Positions 13,000 to 23,700 of a stretch of DNA of 64,000 bases are shown here, one piece after another. The stretch spans positions 40,052,001 through 40,116,000 of the forward strand of contig NC_043001.1 in the NCBI RefSeq assembly GCF_006345805.1. The letters are read 5' to 3'. Origin of the DNA: Octopus sinensis (lineage: Eukaryota). The position numbers were made by a program, and so were the translations under genes. The notes beneath the pieces are model-generated. The model was given only the letters and a program-made list of their open reading frames with translations, was not told where the DNA came from and searched no databases. Every line of letters starts with the position of its first letter. Position 1 is the first letter of the stretch.

Positions 13000-13620
13000 T
13001 CAAAAAGAAAAAGAGATCTCACTTCAAAACTACCATGGAATAGCTCTACTATCTGCAACTGGGATTATACTCAACAGAATCATACTTTTCAGACATTTAA
13101 TTTTTATTTTGTCTGAATCGCCACGTGGCTTTCAAGCTAAATGAGGTACAATGGTCATCACTCTGAAACGAGACAAGAGAAATGTCAAGAACAAACATAT
13201 TACTCTATGATATTTTTGTCGGCCTTAAAACCTTCGACCCTACAGCATACTATACTGCGAGTTGTATACCTGCAAAGCTCGTTAAGCTAACTACACTGCT
13301 ATATAATGGTGTAACGGGTACCATCTCACTGAACCAACTTATCACTAATCGTTTCCAAACAAATATAGGTATGAATAGGGAGGTGTCTTAACACCCATCC
13401 TTTTTTAGTGCCATACTTAAAGAAACTTTCAGGAATGCTCAAAAAGCATCAATTTTACAAGCTTGGCTGTTTAACATCAGATGACTGAAAGCAAAAACAA
13501 AAATTGATATAATCACTGCTCGCAAATTACTTTACACCGACAATTACACCATCATCACCTATAAGAAGGAAGACTTGCAAGCACTTACAAATAAATTTAA
13601 AAGATCGACGATCAACTATG
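13000..13620 (+). mobile_element. RTE LINE RT fragment
   Basis: NYHGIALLSATGIILNRIIL...ESPRGF, FVGLKTFDP, and RKLLYTDNYT (YADD-like), with frameshifts. Confidence 0.65.
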
Positions 13621-13723
13621 GCCTTTTGTTCAGCTATTAACATGTATTATATAAACGTTAACTACATATTCCATCAACGTTGGTATTTAAAAATCCAACG
13701 TTTCCACTTTCTTCCACATTCTA

Positions 13724-13783
<60 letters not shown>

Positions 13784-15129
13784 TATATATATCACTGCCT
13801 TTCCCTCTCGCTCTTGGAGATACAGAAAGTAGGTCGGTAATGCATCAAGCAACAAATACTAATTAATGTTGAGCTGTGCAAGTAGTTAAGACTTTGTTTG
13901 CTCTTTTGTTGTTTTTTTTTTTTCATAAAAGTTAGTCAAAAGAAGAAGAGTAGCATCCATAAACTTACTCGACTTTCCAAACTAATAACATCGATGTAGC
14001 TGCTGTTCACTTCGATGTTCTCTAAGTTGACGTCAAGGATAATTGCTCAGAATGGAATCTAGGAGTTGAGACCGTGTGTCGATCCTAGTAAGAGAATGTC
14101 ACGTGTCAGTGGCAGTTGACAGCGTTGATCGTCCGCATTGGTTATTGTGTTAGTTTAATATCGTAACTACGTTGGAGTAGTACGGAGTGCATTCGGTGTG
14201 AACATAATAATTCTATGATAGATTATTCTAGATAACCATATCCAAATATTTATTTGGGTAATACTATTCTTTCATCCGACGTGTACACGCACGTCATATC
14301 ACTAAGTGTACTAAGTGGTGATATTGTTCGACTGTAAAGAGAAGCAATGTTGACGAGTGTTTAGTTAGCTGGCAATGCTGAACTTAACATTTTATGGTAA
14401 GAGCGCCCTTTTTAAGAGAATGCGAGCGGGTGTTTTGCTTTTTATATCAAGCTAAGAACCACGTGTTGTTCAGTTCTTTCACTTGTTGTGGTTATAGTTG
14501 CTGGGGTTGTTTATTACCCCAGGCTAACTGTGATCGATCAGAAATATGATTAAAGGTATTCCAACCGTGTGTGCAGAGAACCCTACATTATTCAGTGAGA
14601 CTTTTCTAAAATGTTGAAGTATGATCTGTGGGCGGAGTCTCCCTCTTAACAAGAGTTATGAATGCGTCAGTCTTTCGTAGCTTCCAGTGACAACGGGTAC
14701 ATACTATGGACTGATTTACAGCCATATAGCAAGGGCTGATGAAAGTTAAGGTATTTTGACAGAGACAAAATAAAGTATCAATGCCGAGATACACGATGTC
14801 AACTCGGTTGCTGAATGTCTACCACATTGCCCAGCCGACTAATTGTAAGTCTTTTATACCAAGCACAGTAAGATATTGTGTAGGCACTGAAAACATTGGC
14901 TATAAGAATTGTGTGAGTCAGGAAATACCATTGTTTCGACCGTTATTCGTCTTATCAAATGCACGTAACCTTTACTTGAAACTATTTTACCTATTATTCT
15001 CTTAAGTCTAAGCCAGACAATTATTATAGAGCTGGGAAATCATAACTAAATCGCCTGAATAAAAATCCATAAAACATCACTTAACAATACAAATGTAATT
15101 TGAACCAACAAAAGACCTTCTATGTAACA

Positions 15130-15305
15130 ATCGTTTGTCTTGCAAGAAATAATAGTCATATTTCTCTTAAATAATACTTTATCGTCTTAAAAGTGATATC
15201 TAAGTCATAACAATCATATCTGAAAACAAATGGGATGGTTGTTGCTGGAATACTTTTGGTCATAGCTCTCAGTCAGGACCGACCTGCGACTTAGCATCAG
15301 TAACA
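15130..15305 (+). repeat. Unclassified dispersed repeat family (SINE-like tail)
   Basis: Shared motifs aaat.tc.ct.aaat.acac..tac.gtctt.aaa..ggataat..ag.c.tag and gac.tg.g.ctaa..aacaa recur at about 14440-14560 (-), 21590-21730, 46300-46440, 53700-53830 and 61430-61590. Confidence 0.5.
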
Positions 15306-16189
15306 ATATAACTGAGTAAATCATTTTCAGCTCTTCTCACAACAAATTCGTAAAAGATGAGCGCTATAGTTGAAAACTGTGCTTTGGCTCCTATTCTACT
15401 TATCTTCTAAAAAAGCAAATGAATCCTATTTTTGAATGCAACATTACGATGTGAAAAACTTATAAATCAGTGTGACCTTAAGGTCAACATACAGTTTTCT
15501 GATGAGTATCGTATTAAAAAAGTTAGTGAGATCACTTCACTTCATGAACCTTAAATCTTCTAGTTTACTTAAATTCTCATCTTCATGCACGAAAGAATTC
15601 AACCTTATCTAGTTTTAAGTACATGCTACTGCTTAGTCAAAATATTCAGCTCGTTAATACATTTACATCAGTTGGTGAACAGAACAGACATTCAGAGAAA
15701 CAACAATCATAATCTACTTTTATTTCAATATGTCGTCATCGCCATCATTATCATGGTACACATCGTAAACGATGAATGTCAGATTACCAAAGGATATCCC
15801 ATTTGGGGTAATTACTGTGAACTCTCAAAGCTTTTCTTCAAGTGTCTTTTAGCACATTGATTGGGTTGTACCTAGTTTATAGCCTTTGACCATTAGTTGC
15901 TATCATAATGCATTCTGCTTTCAATGTATTAGAAACAGGCCTTGTGATTTCAATTTACAGATCTACTGCGTCTTATAGTTGTTTGCTATAGATCTACATC
16001 ATGATACTTTTTCGTTTGCTATTTCTATTTGAAAATATACGAAACAGAGCGTGCACACGTGCGTACAGGCATTCATAGCGTTATGATAGTAATGTATATT
16101 CCAGTACAAGGATTCTCTAACTGACCAGAACCCCACAAAAAGTGAAATTTTTGTCTATTCCCACTTTAATAATTCTTTCTAATTTTGAC

Positions 16190-16340
16190 TCAAAGCACGC
16201 AGTTTTGAGGAAAGATGCGAGTCGATTACATCAACCCTAGTATTTTATTGATACTGTATTTTATTGACTCCGAAAAGATGGAAGGCAAAATTGATTTCAG
16301 CGGAATTTTAACTCAGAACGAAAACAGTTGGAAGAAATAC
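16190..16340 (-). mobile_element. Degenerate SINE family B
   Basis: gtcgattacatcaaccc..tattttattgactccgaaaagatggaaggcaaaattgatttcagcggaatttt.actcagaacg. Confidence 0.65.
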
Positions 16341-16432
16341 CCCAACGACTTTTTTCTTATCGCTCTAACTTGATCACATAATTTCTGTTCAGTGAGTTAA
16401 AACAATCTTCTTTCTCTCCTTTGATCATACAT

Positions 16433-16678
16433 TCATTGTCGGTATCCCCTAATATGAACACCATTTTCGTATACAGGGTTGGTCAGAGAGTAACACTCTA
16501 TGACCACAGCATTGACTTGTTCATTCCATCTATGTCGTGTGTGCCGGTGCCTGGCTGGATAACAACAGGCTGAAGTCGGACCAGTATCTCTGAGCCTGCC
16601 GAGTGCAACAATGTCACTATCAAGGGCTTCAGTTTCATTTCCACCGTTATTCACAATAGTTTGTTTGTTCATTGTCAC
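16433..16678 (-). mobile_element. R4/Dong-like element, ORF N-terminal fragment
   Basis: HRWNEQVNAVVIECYSLTNPVYENGVHIRGYRQ resembles the N-terminus W..E.N..V.ECY..S.P....G.P.RGYR of this clade. Confidence 0.55.
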
Positions 16679-19600
16679 TCATATGAGAGAGTGATTATCA
16701 GGTTGTGCAATTACCAGTGTTTTTATTGTGACACTATCACTAGATGTATTATCAATCAGAATATAGAGAGATTCCAACCGCTTCCTTTCATTATTATTAT
16801 TATCACTGATATTATTATTTTCATTTTTTACTATTTGTCAATGTTAATATTTCCTCTGATCTGACGTCATTTTGGCCAAATTATTATTATTATCACCATT
16901 ACTGTATGTATATAAAAGAAAAAATTATCATTACTATTATTATTACGCCGATGTCAACTTTGCTTTTCATCTTTTCGGAGTCGATGTAATCGACTAGTCT
17001 CCTCCCTACAAAATTTCAGGCCCTGTGCCTTTAGTAGAAAGGATTATTATTATTCCTTAGGCATAAAGTTTATATATACTTTACTATAAATGTCATTATT
17101 TAGTTTAATAGCCTTTGAATGGTACCAAAACTGGTGAAGTCCATAATTTCAAATTGTGTTGAGGGACATTGTGCAGAGATAGAAATTGAATGTTACTGAT
17201 CTAGGCGAAGGGTATATTATGAAGTGAGACAGACTAAAAGCGAAGAAAAGGTACATTATGTGGGATCGGTACAGCCTGCTAATTCAGAAGAGCCGGAACT
17301 ATTGTAGTAAATACACTAAATATTCAAAATTGAATAGGCGAGATGACCACTTGATATTAAGGTTGGTTAACATAGTGTTACTATTATGAGTATTATACTT
17401 GTTATGGCGCCTCAGATACGGAACGGAAGAATATTAGGCTTCTATCCTTTACTTTCGTTTAGTTTCCACTTGGAGATGCTTAAATGTTCGTTGATCGTGT
17501 TTAAGTGCTACTTATCTTTCCAGTGCAGTTAAGGATGTTTGAATTTCATGTAAACTAATCACATACTCAAGCTTGCATCCAAGAAGTTTGCTTCCAGGGC
17601 AGTCACACTACCCGTCAACTACACTAAGTGCCCTTTACTATCGCCTTGGGTGGACATTGTCAGCAGAACTTGTGAGACAGAAACTGTATGTATATAAAAG
17701 AAAAAAATTGGTGTTTAGATCGTGTCCCGTCACAGTGGTTCAGAGATTTATATAGTACCATACTGGAGTAAGTACTGAGGTCGATACACTACTAAACCCT
17801 TGGAGATGGTGTCTCATTATGACCACATTTCAACAACTGTATTTCTTTGTTCTTTATTGCAAGTTCCTTGAAGTATTGTGTATGAGTTAATTAATGCATT
17901 GTTACCATTAGTAAATCAGTAACTTGATTTTACGATAAAAGTGTTTATGGTGGAACATATATACGGTAACATTAAACATCAAAATATCCACTAGCTACGA
18001 CTAGGGCAGTGAATGGCAAAATAAACACTTTGCAGTATTTAGTTCGTTTACATTCGGAATCTTGTTCGTCCGAATAAATTAGTACTAGTCTAGCACTTAA
18101 GTTGATTTCAAGTGTCAATGCTGGAAAACATTTTTACATAAGTTGTAATGGTAATGAAGAACATTATGTTCGAAGGACACTAACTTACTAATGCAAAAAC
18201 AGCGATGGAAAAATAACAAGAGCAATTTACAGCATTGTATGACATTCAGATAAATAAAACTAAGCTCAAATACAGAAAGAAACAAGAAACTTAGTATATG
18301 AAGATGTACATATTCCTCCTTAGAACACTATCCAGTTGATGGTGTGCAGAAGTAGACCCTTGTTTTTCGATAAACTATTATTGCAGTAATGTTTGATTAG
18401 CAGTATATGAATTCTGAAAATGGGTAGTTATTTCTTCACAATATTCATGTGGTCTTAACTTCAGATTAAGACCGTAACGTAAGTAATAAATTAACATAGC
18501 GAAGGATCAATTGCATAAGTTCAAATGAAAACTCGTATTAAATTAAGTTGTTAGCAATAGATAATTCTAGAGATAGTAATGGCCGTTATAAATGCTTATT
18601 TACACTATCTAAAAATAGATTATGAGCAGATACATTTTCAAATTAGACCTATAATTTGTTCATGTATCTAGTTCGTTAGTCAAAAGTAATACCCAAGAAG
18701 TTAAAAGATTAGTTTTCAGTTATCTTTCGGTTAGAGTTTCAGGACTGATAGCTCGCTTTCAAGAAAAACTATAATTTGAAAATTATTTTGTGAAAGACAA
18801 ATAGACTTGTGGCTACTATGATCTATACATAATTTAATCTGTTTTAACCAACAGTACGGGCAAATGTTAACTTCGGAGGGAATATAGCTTCAGTAGAAGA
18901 GGTAAGATCACAGAAATTTGTAGTAGTATAATTCAAGTTCAGTCCCGAGATAGAGTCCTCAGTCTATGGTAATAGATCTAAAATTGTATCGAGAACGAAA
19001 AGAAAACGTGCAAGTTAATTTCACGCTGTAAGGAAGTGAAATAACGTTCTATGTTTCAGACTGTAGTTAATCAAGAAACAAAATCTAAAAGGAGCTTGTC
19101 AAATAATGACCGACGGAAGTAATTGATGTAAATAGTGATAATGGACCAGAACACATGTGAAATTAACAAGGAGGTTTTCAATGTACGTGTGTAAATAACG
19201 AAGAATTTCAGATTCAGTACAGTAGGTGAGAGGGTTACAGTAATTTGGTAGGATATATAATGCAAGTTAAATCTCTTGTAATTCAGAATCTGCGTCAGTA
19301 TTTGGCAATACAGCCTAAAAAGATAGTTTCATCTGCCTTGATGTTGCTGCTGATAAACACTATTCAGTATTATTATTTCCGTAGGTCGTCATTTGAAAGG
19401 ATGACGAATTTGAAATTTAAAACTTTCGCTGCAGTATAATTAAATTACTGTTTTAATTGTTTAGTTTCGTTTTATTACTAGAATCTTCGATGTTTTTAGC
19501 TTCAATCCATTTTGCCCAAAATAAAATTTGAATGACATCGATAAATGATCGTTTTGAACCAAATATTGCAGCTCAAACTCATTTTAAATATTCGTATATC

Positions 19601-20078
19601 TACAAAGATGTGTGTGCGCGCGGAGGATGGACAGTGCATGATTAAGATACAGGAAGTATCACATACAGATAACAGCTAATTGCTTCGCTGTTATATTTTA
19701 GAAGCAGTCTATAAACTTTCCAAAACATTGAAGTTTGTAATTAATATATCTTTTATCGTTAAACTGATACCCCAGTTATTGTTAGGAATAACGATAAAGT
19801 CGATAAACGAACAAAGTTCAAGGACAATTAGTACAAAAGCTTTCATTTTTAAAATACGCAATAATCGTCAGTAAACAGATAATTGGCAAAGAATCTGACT
19901 CATTTTATCACCCTTTCCGCTTGTCCAAGAGATGAAAAGTTAAATGAATACGCAATTAATGCACGCTGCTAGCAAGTTGCTTACATATATCAACAATTTA
20001 TAGTTAAAAGTAACATCAATGGGTAAAACGAAAACTAATGTTGTAATTGTTAGATTACAAAGTTAAAAAACTATCTTT

Positions 20079-20376
20079 GTAAGTAGCTTGCTTATCAGCA
20101 ACATGGTTCTGGGTTCAATCCCAGAGCGTGGCACGTTGGGCAAGTGTCTACGATAACGTAGACGGAAACTGAAAGCCCGACGTGCAGGCGCGCGCGTGCG
20201 TCTCCACCCACCTTCGCTTGACAACGATGCTGGTGTGTTTGTCCCCGTAACTTAGCGATTCGGCAAAAGAGACCGATAGGATAAGTGCTAGGCTTACAAA
20301 AAGTCCTGGGTCGATTTGTTCGACTAAAGGCGGTGCTCCAGGATGATCGCAGTCAAATGGACAAACAAATAGAAGA
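20079..20376 (+). mobile_element. SINE family A, antisense and about 300 bp downstream of the tetraspanin stop
   Basis: gtaagtagcttgctt..catggttc.gggttcaatccca..gcgtggcac.ttgggcaagtgtc ... ggcggtgctccag.atg..cgcagtcaaatg. Confidence 0.8.
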
Positions 20377-20680
20377 ATATACAATTTTTATTCAAATGTA
20401 AAATTTAGCAAGTGTGGGAGAGAAAAAAAAAAAAAAGCTTTATTTTGATGAAATTTACAAAACAACCATCTTAACTGTATAATGTTATAGAAAAATTCTG
20501 AAAAGAAATTTTATTGAAGTGTTTCAGTTGATCTTCAGTCTTCTCTAGGAAGTTGTGATCAGTCATTTTATTTTATATATATATATAGATATGAGGTGGG
20601 TAAAGAAAATGAATCCGCGTCTCCAGAAAGGCATGAAATCAGTTGGTTGAACAATTAGTTCAAAAAGACGACTTAGAAAT

Positions 20681-20755
20681 TCAGTGAATTAAACCAATTC
20701 TATCTTCATCAGTTTTCTCGCGACAGATGCAACATGCCAAAAATATTAAAAATAC
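20681..20755 (-). CDS. Tetraspanin coding exon 8: VFLIFLACCICREKTDEDRIGLIH*
   Basis: Acceptor ctcttatttgcag|GTA; TGA at 20683-20681; completes TM4 and the cytoplasmic tail. Confidence 0.85.
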   Translation of the reverse strand, partial: VFLIFLACCICREKTDEDRIGLIH

Positions 20756-23700
20756 CTGCAAATAAGAGTTCAGATATTTTACAATGCATCCCATTTTTAA
20801 AAGTTAATATTGTGTCACTAATAAGAAACAACACCGTGGACGTTTCACGTTTTATAAATTCTTATTTAATAAGAGACAGTTTTATGAAAATGAATGTTTG
20901 CATCAAAATATATTTCGATTGTCTCCGATTTTGTAACATGTCTAAAGCATAACATGCGATCGCTGTGAAAAGCAGAATATAGATTAGGAAAGCCGGTTAG
21001 ACTTTCTGTAAGTGTAGGAACTTAAGGAACCTTATATATTGAACAAGAAATTGTTTCAAATTTCTAAAAGATTTTTCAAACATTACCTTTGAGTGTCAAT
21101 TAACAGTTGATAAACTGCGACTAGTTCACGATCACCGTCTACCATTTGATGGAGACAAAAAGGAACACGCCACAAAAAGTTTTAAAATTTTAAATTCTCA
21201 ACTACCAAACGATAAAATATACTGAATATCTATTACAACCAGTTCTTACATGTCAAATACATTAATAACCGTCACATTACACCCATTATCTTCGTTATAA
21301 ATGATGCTAAAACAATTCAAAGTAATGTTTTGTTAGCCGCACACAAGAACCTCTTTTTCTTTGGTGTTCAAGCTAAAGCCGAGGCTTTCGTCCAGATTCC
21401 TATTTAAAGCAAACGATTTTACTGCCTGCTCTAAATGTTTATTAGAGAATAGTCAGATTTGATATCCTCACAGAATTCATGAAGTGAATATTCAATCCTT
21501 CAATAGGATTTTCCCAAACATTAACTTCACCACAGCAAGACGACAAACGTCTGAGAAACCCAGTGTTGCTTGACTTGCTCGCAATATCAGTTAAATCCTT
21601 CTCAACCCCTAAACCTACCCTCTTAAAAAGTCTGAAGTAGACTGTGCCTACAAGAAAGATGATTGATAGAATGGGTCAGTGCAAAACACTTCATCTTAAG
21701 ACATATTGGATAATGTAGTCCTAGCTGCTATTTAAAAAAATTTCAAGCTCAAAGTAAAAATGATCTGTTAGTCTTTACCTCGAATGCAGCAATACCAAGG
21801 GCAACACCAAGTATAATAGAACTGTATTTCTTCACCAGTACTTCCAAAGAATCAACACAACCCTAAATTTTCAAAAAAAAGGAACAAAATTTTTAAAATC
21901 TAGAAGTAACAAATTCTTTAGCCAGAAAAATCTAATTACAATCACAGCTTTATAGCCGTCTACTCGCATATCCTTTTTAAAAGTAGAAACTAAATTTGAC
22001 GAAGCAACTTTCTGAAGTTTTAGTCTCTTAGGAGTGCATCAATAGAAATTGTTAGGAAACATCAAGATATTCAATAAAATCCGTGAAAAATATTACCTCT
22101 GTATGCAGATATTTTGCATCGTGTAAAAAGGGATTTACAGCTTCTAGCTCACAAAGGGTCTTATTCTGTGGTACAGGATTATCATCGTCACTTTTCATAA
22201 CACAACAAGAATATGGGACTTTACCAACCTACGGAAATAAGTTAAAAAATTACTGTACAAAGTACATTGTCAACTTTATAACCATAGAATTGTTCTTGTT
22301 CAAAAAAAATTTTTTTTAAACAATGAGATCTGCATAGGAACAGAATTTTAAAATAATAAAGGCATTCTTAAAAATATTAAAATCTTAGGACCAATGCACA
22401 TATTTTGCAAACATGCTCTTTTTCTATTGGTGGTAATATAAAAATGTGTTCAACTGAATAAAAGCATTGATAATTGCAACATTTTAAAATCAACAAACGA
22501 TATATTTCCACAATCTTATAGTTCAAGTGTCCAAATTCTAAAATCAATCTATTGGTGATGTGTGGTCATTGAGTAAATGGATAAAACTTTAATGGTAAAG
22601 ATAAAATTTCCGATGCAAAATATTCACTTCAGTTCCATGCTCGTATATATCTTTATTGAAAGAAAACTGAATGAAGAAATTCATCTGACCCATCTTCAGT
22701 ATTCTGTCTTGGTTTCAATTTTTTTTAGTGTCAAGAAATACCAATACACTAGTTATAATTTAAGTCAATATGAAATGTTCCTTTTCTTTCAAATTTGTTA
22801 ACTGTTTTCTAACTAAAAGTGGAATTCTATAACCAAGTTATAATTCCCTCGGCTTGGCATTCTACATTCTAGTCGTAGATCTTCAAAATAGCTCGCCAGA
22901 TAGTTCATCGCGTTCTGAAATTTGAAATCATTTGATTCAGAAATTTAAAATAGCAGACGTAGATAAACATAAATGTCCTTTTTGAGTTGGCTAATATAAA
23001 ATTCTAAGAAGTTCTTTAAAATTTTATTTTAACTCCTAAACTGAAAAAATATCGATATACCCATTTACTAAGACACAATCCCTTTTCTGAAAGGAATAGA
23101 ATATGAGCGGTTTCGACCTCTGCATATTCTTATTTCCCTAACAGGTCATATTAACCAATATTGCTACCATTTCAGTCACCAACCTAATTGACTACATTCA
23201 CCAGGAACAGTTGCAGCTGAACTAACAACTCTTAAAAGTTAACTTATATTCACTTGCATGAAGTAACAATTCTACAACTAACGACGTTTCGCTGACTTAA
23301 TGATGTAATTATATCCCTACAGGGTGGTTGGAGAGATAAATCCAGTTAGATAGCATAGAAAATTTCACTTACATCGAGTTTCAAAAAGGAATAGTCAGTG
23401 TAATTATTGGCTCCACAGCATTTCAACTGAAATTTTAGAAAAACATTTTAATGCAGAGATATTTTTGCAATCTTTATATTGGATACATTTGATTTTAAAT
23501 CTTAACACCAAACTGCACCTACCCACTTTTCTTTCCTTCACACCTCAGTCCTTTACAAAGAGTTAACAGAAGACCAAATTTAAGACAAGAATAGAGTTTA
23601 TATCAACTTGATTTCTTGGGTGGTAGTATTTGCAATATTAAACGGTTTTAGTGCTAGAATTTTTTTTTTAAAAAAAAGGTATTCATTTCGAATAAAAATA

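Noticed and set aside
23170-23232. Minus-strand ATVPGECSQLG looked like the tetraspanin P..C exon
   Set aside because: No phase-0 acceptor fits, a stop follows, and a far better exon (VPYSCC, 22228-22097) completes the gene
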